Origin: a virus
Virus record (IMG/VR): IMGVR_UViG_3300033233_000006
Location: 67,252 to 131,251 of that record
Strand: one strand, 5' to 3'
DNA: 64,000 nucleotides
The first letter of the stretch is position 1, and the number at the start of each line of letters is the position of its first letter. The position numbers were made by a program, and so were the translations under genes. Positions 10,001 to 20,140 of the stretch are shown here, piece by piece. Below the pieces are notes generated by a model. It ran no database searches, was not told where the DNA came from, and worked only from the letters and a program-made list of their open reading frames with translations.

Positions 10001-10758
10001 CACAGGCCAAAGCGGATCTCGCCAACTCGCTGGTCGGCACGGCTCAGAAGATCAAGGCGATCGAGGACAAGGCGACTGCTGAAAAGGCGGCGATCGACGA
10101 GGTGACCAACGCCGTCTCCAAGCAGCTCGCCGCTGAAATAGCAGCGCGTGAGGCCGTCTCGGCGAAGAACAGAGAGGCTCACAGGGAGAAGCTCGTCCAG
10201 CTCAACTCGGAGTTTGCGCAGGAGACGAGAAACGTCGAACAGCAGCAGCAGCGGGCGACGGACGCCCGTCGTTTCGCCAAGGAAGCGCGCAAGTTCGAGG
10301 AGGGCACTATCGAGCAGTTTACGAAAAGTGGGAAGGCCCAGAAGATGTGGGGCGCGGAGGGCGTCGATGCCGCGTCGAAAGTCATCACCGACCGGACGGA
10401 GAAGCTGGTCGCCTCGCTCACCGAAGATGTCAAGAAGGGCAGCATCAGCGTCGAGGAGGCCAGAAAGCGCCTTGACGACGACCGATTCAGAACGCTCAAG
10501 GCCGGCGAGGTGGCCGGTCAGGAAGCCTACAAGAAGACGACCGGCGTCGCCGCCGGTGCCACAGCTGCGCGGGCCGGCGGCGGTCCAGCGCCGGGCGGCA
10601 TGAGCGATGAGGCGGTCAAGCAGCTGATGGAGAACATCAACCGCGGCGGTGGGCGGGGCAGCAACAGGGTTACGGTCACGCTCAACGGCGGCGACGCAGT
10701 GTCGCGAGCGCTCGTGAGCAAGTCTCAGGTCGACGCCAAGAACGCCGGTACCGAGTAA
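7078..10758 (+). CDS. Tape measure protein
   Basis: About 1230 aa, Ala/Gly/Lys-rich helical with periodic F/W; position after chaperone; AGGAG RBS before GTG 7078. Confidence 0.9.
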   Translation: MPAQPYSLGIGVQVDYQSIERAASAIERQLLNAFRGVSRDASKYAGQITESFGGKGGGGAPASDKLAGALGGAVGPAELPMLPGAIGPEAPKSIDKMATAIGDLAKETKPAVKELAKLDEEVREKPKDAKKAVAGFGDFAKAIGHVANVVSDFANKMRQGFAFTKDAELLEVATIRMAVGLGEGWKRADQLRDSIVDLGTATGQNVHEITKMDAALVNAGMTFTNFSTDTQKAIISLGHNYGLTGEQIATTATTLDTFGQDLGNVLGDAVRFQKGFKLPGVFEQLPGIVNFARDSFLSFSDKIVGSGADIVKTAMHTSGVFAKAFGTTMADATKRAEQAMSRFAESAQQDQDVFLGLGTEFSGLTMSLMQAGVPIQRAMDLTKEGFTDTVEAAKHYREVLDKMPNRFMKDRFMRQLQKELPRDVFALVKDTKLLQKTLADRGKAADIEKTWNQAGVGVFNDMTTTLQSATAELREMFNNVVEVGKAIGGQIGKMLGLDEMFKGATDTFKDFNKSILAFVKSERFTKWMETIKPYVVSIGKVLLPIGTLIGGIGGAIGSLWSGTKVVTKGFTLAEKPIAFLAKMFPRLGKGVNFLLTPLKVLGKFAGKLVSKAFGIGLLIDGFNAFKTAILDMGEVLGDPNATGMEKFEAIARGLIKGVGKFIDGALLGIPSWLLSKFFPDMEKSFDRGIAGIFDTLGEWFGDGPGGIFDTVGGWVSRLGDYLASHIPDLAAFTKSFGKALGQVLAFMAKTSVKGLKFIFIDLPIKIMKAEVGLIVSAVKSLFSKSADAGADAVKESFTLDKFLKTLGTRLSPITDFMVGLGEGIAGSFGTSLKAVGLRFKILWETVKYGAESAGDWIYDAFANNWDRMQNGMSKFGGLLKKFFTVSIPSTAEQAMVLVIGSWNSGFAAMKVVAYEMIAGVAKAFSDLATTAIDKLKSVADALPDMTPGIKDLRAKLDSAKATVGGLASSFTDMTTQAKADLANSLVGTAQKIKAIEDKATAEKAAIDEVTNAVSKQLAAEIAAREAVSAKNREAHREKLVQLNSEFAQETRNVEQQQQRATDARRFAKEARKFEEGTIEQFTKSGKAQKMWGAEGVDAASKVITDRTEKLVASLTEDVKKGSISVEEARKRLDDDRFRTLKAGEVAGQEAYKKTTGVAAGATAARAGGGPAPGGMSDEAVKQLMENINRGGGRGSNRVTVTLNGGDAVSRALVSKSQVDAKNAGTE

Positions 10759-10769
10759 GGAGGTGACGT

Positions 10770-11090
10770 GTGCCGACCATCCGACGAAACCCGCAGGGTC
10801 CGCTGCGCAACGCCACCCTCGTCCAGTTCAACGAGGTACTGTTCTGGGACAAGACGGCACCGCCGACGATTGCGCCAGCGGACGATGACTCGCAGTACAC
10901 CGTCAAGAGCTTCGACCGTCACGACTTCATAGGCTTCCGCGAGCTGGGGTCGAGCCAGTTCGGCTGGATCATCATGGAGCGGCAGGACCAGGCCGGAGAC
11001 CAGATGCGGCTCTGGCCGAACGACTGGGTTCCGGGTCGGCGCATCGCCATCCCGTCTCGCGACAGTCTCTCGGCGAGGGGGATCGTCTAG
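10770..11090 (+). CDS. LysM-like / gp53-like baseplate wedge protein
   Basis: YTVK..DR.D.I...ELG....GWII...PG..I.IP pattern. Confidence 0.75.
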   Translation: MPTIRRNPQGPLRNATLVQFNEVLFWDKTAPPTIAPADDDSQYTVKSFDRHDFIGFRELGSSQFGWIIMERQDQAGDQMRLWPNDWVPGRRIAIPSRDSLSARGIV

Positions 11091-12682
11091 TGGTCGCCGG
11101 AACCATTGATCCGTTCAAGGGACAGCCGAAGGTCGGCGACTTCTTCGCGCCGTTCTTCACCGTCCGGTTCCTCGCTGCGACTTCGACACCGGCGCTTCAA
11201 GCTGGGCCGTTTGGAGCTGCCGCCAACAAAGCGAACGCCGTACTCGGCGCCATCGCGGACGTGACGGCTGAGATAGTCGTCTCATCCGGCGACACCAAGA
11301 TCAGATTCTCCGAGGACAAACGCACCTCACAGTTCCGTTCCACGATGACGCGTCTCACGGTCACGAATCAAGGCGGCGGCGCGAACTTCGCCGAGGTGGT
11401 GATAGAGCCTCCGTTCGAGGAGGCCAAGAACATCATCGACAACCAGCTCATCCAGTGGAACTCGGTCATGGTCATCGAGTGGGGTTGGGTATCCAACGGC
11501 TCGAAGGACTCGATCATCTCCGATCGACACTACTTCGTGATCCAACAGCCCAAGTTGGAGATGCACGGAACGGACGTAACCATCACGATCGTCGGTGTGG
11601 ATATGTTCGCCTACTCGTCCACCAAGCGAGAGGATCGGCGATCGTGGCCGCGTTCGCAGTACCCCACCGATGCGCTCATCCTCGCGGAGATCGCCAAGAA
11701 GAACAACTTCAAGCTCAACTTCTCGCTGGCCCCCTATCCGACACTTCGCGCGCCGCTGGGTATCTCCGTTCCGCTGATCTCGTCGCCAACCTCGACTGTG
11801 CTGATCCACCGGACGCATCCGATCGACGACAAGGAGCCGACTGTCGTCGAGCAGAACGAGAAGAGCTGGGTCTTCTTCGCCCGGCTCTGCGACATGAACA
11901 ACTGCTCCTTTTTCACGATCGGTGATACGGTTTACATCGTCGACCAGAACATCGCCAAGGTGCAGGAGACCTCCTACCGACTCATCTTCTTCCAACAGCC
12001 GAACGGCCCTCGCGACGTTCCGATGATGAGCTTCTCCACACAGGCCCTTCCCCAGCTCTTCTTCCCGGCTGAATCGAAAGAGATCAAGTACTCCCATCAC
12101 GACATCGACCAGAACAGGGTCGTAACCATCAGCATCGACCCGACGCAGATGCCGGATCAGGTTGCTCTCGGGCAGCGCACGGCAGCTGGAAAGGGGGAGG
12201 CCGACGGGCGGACAGTTCAAGTCGCCGCTGGAGTGCAGACCGTTCCGAACCCGGCTTACACGTCGACCGAAACGGGAAAGCACTTCTCGGTGCCCAACCA
12301 GCAATCGAGTCGCGACGAGATGGCAAAGCGCGTGGCCCGGAACGCGATGATCGTGGCGAACACGAACGCGGAATGCACCGTTCCAGGCGTTCCGCACATG
12401 GTTCCGCAGCAGCTTGTACGCGTCGAAGGCGTCTCCAAGACCTTCTCCGGGGTCTACATGATCCTGAAGGTCGTTCATCGCCTCGATCCCTCCGGCTACG
12501 AGACGGATCTCACGCTCATCCGCGATTCGAGCACTGGTGACAAGGCCACCGGCAAGGGCGAGCGCCCGACCACCGGCGGCAGCGACCCCGAACAAGCGGA
12601 TGGGGCCGGCGAAGCGACTACGGCGGCTGTCGCGGAGGACGAGAAGTTGCCGCAGTTGGACCGGGGGACTGGTGCCGAATGA
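11090..12682 (+). CDS. Baseplate hub protein (gpD/gp27-like)
   Basis: IEWGW, QNE.SW.F..RL, GVP.M.PQ..V.VEGV...FSG.Y.I..V.H motifs. Confidence 0.85.
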   Translation: MVAGTIDPFKGQPKVGDFFAPFFTVRFLAATSTPALQAGPFGAAANKANAVLGAIADVTAEIVVSSGDTKIRFSEDKRTSQFRSTMTRLTVTNQGGGANFAEVVIEPPFEEAKNIIDNQLIQWNSVMVIEWGWVSNGSKDSIISDRHYFVIQQPKLEMHGTDVTITIVGVDMFAYSSTKREDRRSWPRSQYPTDALILAEIAKKNNFKLNFSLAPYPTLRAPLGISVPLISSPTSTVLIHRTHPIDDKEPTVVEQNEKSWVFFARLCDMNNCSFFTIGDTVYIVDQNIAKVQETSYRLIFFQQPNGPRDVPMMSFSTQALPQLFFPAESKEIKYSHHDIDQNRVVTISIDPTQMPDQVALGQRTAAGKGEADGRTVQVAAGVQTVPNPAYTSTETGKHFSVPNQQSSRDEMAKRVARNAMIVANTNAECTVPGVPHMVPQQLVRVEGVSKTFSGVYMILKVVHRLDPSGYETDLTLIRDSSTGDKATGKGERPTTGGSDPEQADGAGEATTAAVAEDEKLPQLDRGTGAE

Positions 12683-14115
12683 CGCAACCGGGCATCACGG
12701 ACCTCTTCGTCAACTTCGCTCGCGATCTGCGGAACCGCGGTGTGGAGTTCGTCTCGGGGCGCTACCTCGGGAAGTATCCCGGTGTCGTTACTGACACCGA
12801 TGATCCCCAAGGCCAGAGCCGCGTCCTCGTAACGTGTCAGGTCGCCACCGGACGCGACACGCCGCTGAATCTGTGGGCCTACCCGAGTTCGCCCTACGCC
12901 GGGCGCAACAAGGGCTTCTACACGCCACCCGATGTGGGAGACGGCGTGTGGGTGTGGTTCGACCACGGCGACGTGACGCAGCCGCGCTTCTCGGGGAGCT
13001 TCTGGTCAAACCCGCAGCTCATCAGAACGAAGGAGACCTCTCACATCCCCTTCGAGTTCAGGAAACTCACGCCGGGTCAGGTGACGACCCGCGGCTTCAA
13101 GACCAAGGGCGGCCTCGGCTGGCTCTTCGAGGACGACAACACGCTCCCTCTCGGACGGCGCTTCGAGCTGTGGACGGGGCAACAACCGCCCGGAGACCCG
13201 GACGGCGCGTCGGAGCGCCACCACCAGCTCGTAATGAGCGACAAGCCGGGCAGCGAGAGCATCGAGGTCTCGTCGAATGGCGGCCAAGCGACCCAGTGGA
13301 TCGACATCGCCGGTCAGGCGGCGATCAGGAACACCACGGTCGGCGGTCTCTTCGTCAACCTCCTCGACTACATCCAGAAGATCGTGTTGGGCGGCCCCCT
13401 CGGGTTCACGGTCTCGATCGACGAGGGGTCGGGCAAGCGGATCGAAGCGAGGACGCCGCTCGGGCTCTTCGCGCGCCTGCTCGAAGCGACCAAGGTCATC
13501 GAGTCGGGCGGGCCGCTCGGCTTCAAGTCCACGATCGACGAGCAGACCGGGGCGATAACCCTGGAGACGCCGCTCGGGAAGAAGCTCAAGATCGACGAGA
13601 CCGGGTCGACGATCCTCATCACGGACGAGCTGTCAAACAGCTTCACGATCACTCCTGCCGGAATCATCGTCGACTCGAAGACGCTCGTGAACATTCAAGC
13701 GCTGGCTGCGCTCCAGATGAGCGCTGGGGCCGCCGCTTCGCTGATCGCGCAGGGCGCCGTTGCGATCACTGGCCTCGGCATCGCCATCGAGAGCACCGGC
13801 GCAGCTCCTATGAGCACGATCGCGGGTGGCGTCTCGAACAACACCTTCGTTGGACTCGTGAGCGAACAATTCCTGGGGGCGCTCACATGGGCCATCACCG
13901 GGCTGTGGCAGGTTGGAGCCTCGATCGTGAACATCACGTCGCCCAACATCCAGCTCGGCACCGGCGGATCGAACTTCTTCCTGGTCGATGAGCGCTTCCT
14001 CACCCTCTACAATGCACATACGCACATCTCCAGCGTTCCAGCTGCTCCGACGGGGCCGCCGCTGGTTCCGGCTGTGATCGCCGCGCAGACGACCACAGCG
14101 GTCAAGGCCAACTAG
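12679..14115 (+). CDS. Central spike / baseplate assembly protein V (OB fold plus beta-helix)
   Basis: GKY.GVVT...DP....RV, PPDVGD.VWV.F..GD...P motifs; C-terminal HTH metal-binding tip (NAHTH). Confidence 0.88.
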   Translation: MTQPGITDLFVNFARDLRNRGVEFVSGRYLGKYPGVVTDTDDPQGQSRVLVTCQVATGRDTPLNLWAYPSSPYAGRNKGFYTPPDVGDGVWVWFDHGDVTQPRFSGSFWSNPQLIRTKETSHIPFEFRKLTPGQVTTRGFKTKGGLGWLFEDDNTLPLGRRFELWTGQQPPGDPDGASERHHQLVMSDKPGSESIEVSSNGGQATQWIDIAGQAAIRNTTVGGLFVNLLDYIQKIVLGGPLGFTVSIDEGSGKRIEARTPLGLFARLLEATKVIESGGPLGFKSTIDEQTGAITLETPLGKKLKIDETGSTILITDELSNSFTITPAGIIVDSKTLVNIQALAALQMSAGAAASLIAQGAVAITGLGIAIESTGAAPMSTIAGGVSNNTFVGLVSEQFLGALTWAITGLWQVGASIVNITSPNIQLGTGGSNFFLVDERFLTLYNAHTHISSVPAAPTGPPLVPAVIAAQTTTAVKAN

Positions 14116-14124
14116 GAGAGCGGC

Positions 14125-14778
14125 ATGAGGATGCCGACTGTGGATCTGACGGGTCGCGTCTTCGGGCGGCTGCGCGTCATCCGCTTCGACGGACGAGGTG
14201 AGCGCCGCCAGGCACGCTGGCTTTGCGCGTGCGAGTGCGGTCGTGAGGTGGGCGTCTTGGGGGCCCGGTTGACCCAACCGACGCGCCCCACCATCTCGTG
14301 CGGATGCGTGTGGAAAAGTCGTGGAGGGAGGTCGCGGACGCCGGAATACGGCGCATGGCTTCACATGATCGGTCGGTGCCACAACACAGACGACCCAGGC
14401 TACAAGAGCTACGGCGGACTGGGAGTCATCGTCTGCCGGCGCTGGCGCCACAGCTTCGACGCCTTCTTGGCCGATGTCGGACCGCGGCCACCGGGAACGA
14501 ACGGCAAGCGCGCCGCCTACTCGCTCGATCGGTTCCCAGACAAGAACGGGAACTACGAACCGGGGAACGTGAGATGGGCGACCTGGCGCGAACAGCAAAA
14601 CAACAGGAGAAACAATCGTCGCCTCACTCTTGGAGCCGAGACGCATACGTTGGCCGAGTGGGCGCGTCGTCTTGGTGTGAGCGGACCAGCTGTCTCCCAG
14701 CGACTCAGGATGGGCTGGTCCATGGCTGATGCGCTTACCAGCCCGGCGTGTAACAATAGCGCGGATCGGGGCACGTAA
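14125..14778 (+). CDS. HNH homing endonuclease
   Basis: DLTGRVFGRL, WLC.CECG, SCGC, YGG.G..VC.RW, SLDR..NGNYEPGNVRWAT..Q.NN. Confidence 0.9.
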   Translation: MRMPTVDLTGRVFGRLRVIRFDGRGERRQARWLCACECGREVGVLGARLTQPTRPTISCGCVWKSRGGRSRTPEYGAWLHMIGRCHNTDDPGYKSYGGLGVIVCRRWRHSFDAFLADVGPRPPGTNGKRAAYSLDRFPDKNGNYEPGNVRWATWREQQNNRRNNRRLTLGAETHTLAEWARRLGVSGPAVSQRLRMGWSMADALTSPACNNSADRGT

Positions 14779-14781
14779 CCG

Positions 14782-15150
14782 ATGGCACGCATAAAGGGAC
14801 TCGCGGTCAACTTCCGGTTCGACACGGCTGGTTACCCGTCGGAAGCCATCGACGTGGAGCTGCTCGGCGACTCGATCCTGACCGTACTCAAGACCATCCC
14901 CGGCGAGCGCCCTTACCGTCCGACGTTCGGCTGCTATGCCGTCCGGCTGCTTTTCGCCAACATGGGTCGTGCCGCCGCGCTGAGGGCCCGTACCGAAGCG
15001 CGCAGGGCCATCGAGACCTGGGAACCGAGAGTGATCGTGGACGACATTCTTCTGACCACGGCGGACAGCACGATTACGCTCACGGTCGTCTGGCGCCCCA
15101 AGGGCAACGCTGAGCAACGGCAGCAGACATCGTTGCAGGTAGCGGCCTGA
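14782..15150 (+). CDS. Baseplate wedge gp25/gpW-like protein
   Basis: T.PGER..RP.FG and AI..WEPRV motifs. Confidence 0.92.
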   Translation: MARIKGLAVNFRFDTAGYPSEAIDVELLGDSILTVLKTIPGERPYRPTFGCYAVRLLFANMGRAAALRARTEARRAIETWEPRVIVDDILLTTADSTITLTVVWRPKGNAEQRQQTSLQVAA

Positions 15151-16760
15151 TGGTCGGCGGCGGCATCTCCCTCAGTACCACGGCACGCGACTTGGTCCGG
15201 TCGGGATTCTTTGGGAAAGACTTCGACACCTACGTCTCCGAGCTGGTCGACTTCATCGGGCTCCGGTTCGGGACGGACGTGGCGAACAACATCGTCGCCA
15301 GCGAGCAGGGCATCGTCCTCATCGAGATGATGGCGTTCGCTCTCTCCACGATGTCGTGGTACGGCGACCGACAGGCCGACGACACGACTCTCCTGAATGC
15401 GAGGCTCAGGGCGGCGGCTGTCGTGATCGCTCGGCAGCTCGGCTACGTTGCGCGAGCATCGGTTCCGCCCGCCGTGACTCTCACCATGACGCTCACGACG
15501 CCGCCACCGTCGCGACTCACGATCGACCAGGGAACGAAGATGAGCGGGCCCAGTGGCCTCATCTTCGAGACGGCGCAGCAACTCATCTTCGACACCGGCG
15601 TCGTCGGTCCGGTGACCTTCGCCGCCCGAGAGGGCCAGACGCTCAGCGCCGTCTTCACGTCCAACGGCGAACCGAACCAGGTCTTCCCGATCACGTCCGT
15701 TCCGACCGGGAAGTCGATCGCCCAGGACTCAGTTCAGGCGTTCGTGTCGACGCTCCAGTGGACGGCCAATCCGATCATCACCTTCGATCAGACGAACCAG
15801 TTCGAGTTCCAGTACGGGTTCAACCCGCCCCGGCTCCTATTCGGCGACGGCATCGCCGGCAACATCCCGCCCAAGGACGCCGAGATCAAGGTCATCTTCT
15901 TCGTGACCGACGGCACGGCTGGTTCCGTTCCGGCCAACTCGGTCAAGTCGTTCTCTGCGCCGCTCGCCGTCGGCACGACGCTCATCGGCACCAGCATCTC
16001 CCAGCCCGACCCCTCGACCCCCGGTTCCGATCCTGAGACGATCGCGTCGATCAAGAACAACGCGCCGCTCGTCTTCCAGGCAGCTCAACGCGCGGTGACC
16101 CAGGCCGATCTCGACGGATGGATCAACGGCTTCATCGACCCGACGTTCGGCGGCGTAGCGATCGGGCGCGCGACCGTTCCGCGCTCCTATCAGCAAGACG
16201 CGGAGGCGCTCTCGATCATCCAGGCGATGATCAACGCCAGTGTGCCGGCGGACGTGGTGACGCGGCTCCAGAACTACTGGAACACCGTCCTCTCGTCGAA
16301 CTGCGCTGCCAATGTCGTCGTAGCCCAGATCCTCTCGTCCGACTCGATCGGGCGCTACGTAAGGGCTCCCGTCGGCCTCGCGCGAGCGCTGGAGACGTTC
16401 CTGGGCGCCAAGACGGAGAGCACGGTCAAGGTCCACGTCGCCGACGGCTCGGTCAATCTGCTCTCGGTCGACCTCGCCGTCGACCTCCACGTCCTCCCGG
16501 CGTTCGCCAGCCAGGAGGCGACGCAGGCGGTCGTGGCCTCCGTCATCGACACGCTCGAACGACAGCTCCTCGGGCGACGCTACGGCGACTCGCTCCGCAT
16601 CAGCGACCTCTACCAAGCGGTCGAGGCAGTGGACGGGGTCGACTACTCGCACATCGCGATCACGAACAACCTGACGCGCGTGAGCGCGCCTGGCGACCTT
16701 CCGATCAACGACTTCGAGGTCGTCACTTTGGGGCAGCTGCCCGTCGTGACCGTGGTCTGA
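15150..16760 (+). CDS. Baseplate wedge protein (gpJ/gp6-like)
   Basis: KDFD, A.QLGY, FGDG..G.IP, GSD.ET...IK.NAP...Q.RAVT..D, V.GVDY motifs. Confidence 0.92.
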   Translation: MVGGGISLSTTARDLVRSGFFGKDFDTYVSELVDFIGLRFGTDVANNIVASEQGIVLIEMMAFALSTMSWYGDRQADDTTLLNARLRAAAVVIARQLGYVARASVPPAVTLTMTLTTPPPSRLTIDQGTKMSGPSGLIFETAQQLIFDTGVVGPVTFAAREGQTLSAVFTSNGEPNQVFPITSVPTGKSIAQDSVQAFVSTLQWTANPIITFDQTNQFEFQYGFNPPRLLFGDGIAGNIPPKDAEIKVIFFVTDGTAGSVPANSVKSFSAPLAVGTTLIGTSISQPDPSTPGSDPETIASIKNNAPLVFQAAQRAVTQADLDGWINGFIDPTFGGVAIGRATVPRSYQQDAEALSIIQAMINASVPADVVTRLQNYWNTVLSSNCAANVVVAQILSSDSIGRYVRAPVGLARALETFLGAKTESTVKVHVADGSVNLLSVDLAVDLHVLPAFASQEATQAVVASVIDTLERQLLGRRYGDSLRISDLYQAVEAVDGVDYSHIAITNNLTRVSAPGDLPINDFEVVTLGQLPVVTVV

Positions 16761-16776
16761 TGGAGAGGACTGACCG

Positions 16777-17763
16777 ATGAGCGACATCACTCCCAGACTC
16801 GGTATCGGGGTGCCAAGCGAGTTCCAAGAGCCCTTCTTCGAGACGGCTCAGGGCTTCGAGCTTGCGGTCGACGCCGGCATCTTCGCCAACGCGGAGAACA
16901 GCCAGCTCATCTTCGAGTCGACCGGCATCGTCGGCTGGAACGCGACGATGGCCGGACCGACCATCGGCGTTCTCTTCTGGGCGGCTGATGTCTTCATCAC
17001 GCCGTCCACGACACCGTTCAAGGCCAAGCTCGCCGGCCCGGCATCCGTCGAACTCCAAGACGGCGAGGTGTTGTTCTTCGTCATGCCGCGGCTCATGTCC
17101 CAGGAGACGCCGATCCAGCTCTTCAAGAGCAATCGCATCTTCCTCCAGGGCACGCAGCTCATCGACCTACGGCTCTTCTGTGAGCGAGTCGGCACCACGC
17201 TCTACTTCTACGACAACAAGAGCCTCAAGACCGGCGACACCGGCTACCTCTGGGGCGGCGGCCTCAACAACGTCTCGGTCATTCCGCCTCACACTCACCT
17301 CGCTCCGCTCATCATCCAGCCGCCCGCCCCGGGCGTCTTCCTGCTCGACGCGCTACTCACCACGCCCCTGCTCATCATGCTCCAGCTCTACCGGAACGGA
17401 ATGCTCCAGGTCGAGCCGGACGACTACTCGCTCAATCCGGTGACGGGCATCATCACGCTCGTCACCCCGACGCTCATCCCCAACGAGCGCTTCGTCATCT
17501 TGCGCGAGAAGCTCGACACGACCGTCATCACGACTACGCACTCGCATCTGATAGCGCTCAAGTACGCCCCGCTCCCCGGCACGACGACGCTCGACGCCCT
17601 CGTGACCACGCCGACGCTGCAAGGGCTCGATCTCTACAGAAACGGACTCTTGCAGGTCGAGCCCGACGACTACACCCTCAACCCGGCTACCGGGATCAGC
17701 ACGCTCGTCATCGCGTCCCTTGCGGGCGAAATCTTCCAGCTGCTCAGGAGGATAAACGTCTAG
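16777..17763 (+). CDS. Virion structural protein with tandem C-terminal duplication
   Basis: Two copies of HxHL...LDAL.TTP.L..L.LYRNG.LQVEPDDY.LNP.TGI; baseplate context. Confidence 0.65.
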   Translation: MSDITPRLGIGVPSEFQEPFFETAQGFELAVDAGIFANAENSQLIFESTGIVGWNATMAGPTIGVLFWAADVFITPSTTPFKAKLAGPASVELQDGEVLFFVMPRLMSQETPIQLFKSNRIFLQGTQLIDLRLFCERVGTTLYFYDNKSLKTGDTGYLWGGGLNNVSVIPPHTHLAPLIIQPPAPGVFLLDALLTTPLLIMLQLYRNGMLQVEPDDYSLNPVTGIITLVTPTLIPNERFVILREKLDTTVITTTHSHLIALKYAPLPGTTTLDALVTTPTLQGLDLYRNGLLQVEPDDYTLNPATGISTLVIASLAGEIFQLLRRINV

Positions 17764-18702
17764 GTGAGCGGTTCGGCACTCGGCTTCGGCCACCAGCCCT
17801 TTGGGCACCCCCACGGCGGGAGCCCGTTCGCGCAGCACGACACGGGACCAGGTTCGCAGCCCTACCTGGTGAACGTCGGCTACGGGATCGGCGACTGGGC
17901 CGAGGAGGTTACGTGGCGCATCCTCCCGATGTGGATGCGCGATGAGGACGGCACCCAAGGAGTCGTGCCCGAGCCGCTCCGCGGCTTTATCGACGCCGTC
18001 AAGCCGCTCCTCAACGAGCTGATCAAGAAGTGGCGGGCGTTCCCGTCGCTATGGGACGCCCAGGCGTGCCCGATCGACCAGCTTCCGGCGCTCGCCGCTA
18101 CGCTCGGTCTCACGCTCGACCCGACGAAGCAGGAAGCCCTGCAACGGTCGGAGACGCTCAACGCGGCGCAGCTCTTCCTCCACAAAGGTGACAACACCGG
18201 CTACTCGATCCTCGCCGCCTTCGAGGATCTCCTGGTCCAGATCATCCCGCTCTGGGCGAGCGACTGCTCTCCGACGGCGACGCTCTCGCCCGACGAGATC
18301 ATGCGGTTCATCCCGCATTTCGACGACGTGGGAGCCGACATGCTCCCGCTCGACTCGGTGTTCGACGACATCTACGCGAAGTGGCCGATCACGCTCTACT
18401 TCGACCAGCAGTGCCGATCGCACTCGCTCCGCCTCATCTTCTTCCCGTCGGCCAACCCGACGCAGGACTTCGACCCAGACACCGTGACGCGTCTCGTGGC
18501 GCGGCTCACGCAGTTCACGCCGATCCACGTCACGATCGACAGGATCACCTTCGACGGCCTTCGCGGGTCGTCCCAGGTGTGGATCGCGCCCATCCTGGCC
18601 GATGCCGGAGCGGCTGGCATGTGGATGGGTCCCGTGGCTGGCGAACAGCGGGCGAGCAGCCAGGTGTGGATCGGGCCAGTGAACGCGGTGCCAACACCGT
18701 GA
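17764..18702 (+). CDS. Baseplate/tail protein, P2 gpI-like
   Basis: LP...R.ED, D...CP...LP.LA..LG, ..HKG motifs; P.HV near C-terminus. Confidence 0.75.
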   Translation: MSGSALGFGHQPFGHPHGGSPFAQHDTGPGSQPYLVNVGYGIGDWAEEVTWRILPMWMRDEDGTQGVVPEPLRGFIDAVKPLLNELIKKWRAFPSLWDAQACPIDQLPALAATLGLTLDPTKQEALQRSETLNAAQLFLHKGDNTGYSILAAFEDLLVQIIPLWASDCSPTATLSPDEIMRFIPHFDDVGADMLPLDSVFDDIYAKWPITLYFDQQCRSHSLRLIFFPSANPTQDFDPDTVTRLVARLTQFTPIHVTIDRITFDGLRGSSQVWIAPILADAGAAGMWMGPVAGEQRASSQVWIGPVNAVPTP

Positions 18703-18719
18703 CGGCAGAGGAGTAACAC

Positions 18720-20138
18720 ATGGCGAAGGCGCTGGCTTTCAACCGCGCGACGCAACAGGTCGAAACGGTCGACACCGTCAACAACGCCGTCACGGCGCTG
18801 GGCGGCGTCATCGCCACGGCTGAGCTGACCAACGCCTTTCCGGGGCGGTCGGAGAACCTCGGGGCGGTCTTCCTCGGGGAGTCCTACTTCCTCTACCGCG
18901 ACAACACGAACGCGATCAAGCTCGCCAAGCTGATCGCTGGTGTCTGGACGAACGTCGTCGGCTTCCCCGGTGTCGCGATTCCTACCGGCGCCGGGCAGCT
19001 CGCCCCGCTCGCGCTCATGGGCGACCGCCAGCGGCTCATCGCCATCGTGGGCCGAAGCGCATCAGCCGCGACCGACGGAAACGCCGTCCGCGTTTCGACG
19101 GACGGCGTGACGTGGACGGCTCCATTCGCCGACATCGCTACGCCGATCCAGCCGACGCCGTCGCAAGGTGGGAACTCGGTCCTCTGGCGCAACACGCTGT
19201 TTTTCGCGCACGCCGCCGGGATCTCGTGGACCTCGCCCACCGCTGCCACGCAGGCGCCCGGGTACGACACCGGGAGCGATGGGCTCCTCGCTAACACATT
19301 CACGCCCTACGGGCACTTCGTCTTCTGGCGCGGCACCCTCTACTTCGTGAAGGCCGGGCCCGTTCCGGCGCTCTACTCGCTCGACCCGAACTGGAATCCC
19401 GCCACGCCAACCGCCGCGCCCGCGTGGACGCGCATCGTTGCGACGGGAATCCCATCCGTCGTGGCTCTTACTCCTGGCCCCGATGTGGGCACACTCCTCG
19501 CCTTCGTCAACAAGGCGGGGAACTTCTGCATTGCCTACTCGGGCTCGGCTGGGTCGAAGCTCGTTCAGACGACATCGGCGTCGTTTCCAGCCTTCACGGA
19601 CCTGACGACGACCGTGCTTCCCGTCGCGATCAACATGGCGGCCAACCTCGGGTTCTCGATCTTCGTCGACGATCGGCGTCGGGTGAACGAGTTGCAGTCG
19701 ATCCTCATCCGCGACGTGCTCAACAACCAGATGATCCTCGCGACCTGGGATGGCGCGGTGACCTTCACCATCCGCGCCACCTTTACCGGCATGCAGCTCA
19801 TGCTCTCCGACGACCGCTTCGGCGAGCTGCGGACTTACACCGCGATCCAGCCCGCCGCTTTCATCACCGCCGAAACGCAGCCGTTCCCTGGCCGCGTCTC
19901 GATCGCCTACACCGTGCGAGACACGCTCTCGCGGAAGGTCGACACGTTCGGCGAGTACTCGGTCACTGGCGATTCGTGGTTGCCGATGACCGAGGGCAGC
20001 GGAGACGATGGCGGCGTGCAGCTCACGTCATCGCCAGCCGGCATCGCGCACACGTTCTTCTGGGACGCGTTCGTGGATTTGGACGGGGATCTTCCGTTCG
20101 TGTTCACTCGAATCGTGGCTCGGCTCTCGGGGGTGTGA
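18720..20138 (+). CDS. Virion structural protein (beta-propeller-like)
   Basis: STDGVTW Asp-box-like motif; beta-rich; paralogous to 20342-21772. Confidence 0.6.
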   Translation: MAKALAFNRATQQVETVDTVNNAVTALGGVIATAELTNAFPGRSENLGAVFLGESYFLYRDNTNAIKLAKLIAGVWTNVVGFPGVAIPTGAGQLAPLALMGDRQRLIAIVGRSASAATDGNAVRVSTDGVTWTAPFADIATPIQPTPSQGGNSVLWRNTLFFAHAAGISWTSPTAATQAPGYDTGSDGLLANTFTPYGHFVFWRGTLYFVKAGPVPALYSLDPNWNPATPTAAPAWTRIVATGIPSVVALTPGPDVGTLLAFVNKAGNFCIAYSGSAGSKLVQTTSASFPAFTDLTTTVLPVAINMAANLGFSIFVDDRRRVNELQSILIRDVLNNQMILATWDGAVTFTIRATFTGMQLMLSDDRFGELRTYTAIQPAAFITAETQPFPGRVSIAYTVRDTLSRKVDTFGEYSVTGDSWLPMTEGSGDDGGVQLTSSPAGIAHTFFWDAFVDLDGDLPFVFTRIVARLSGV

Positions 20139-20140
20139 TC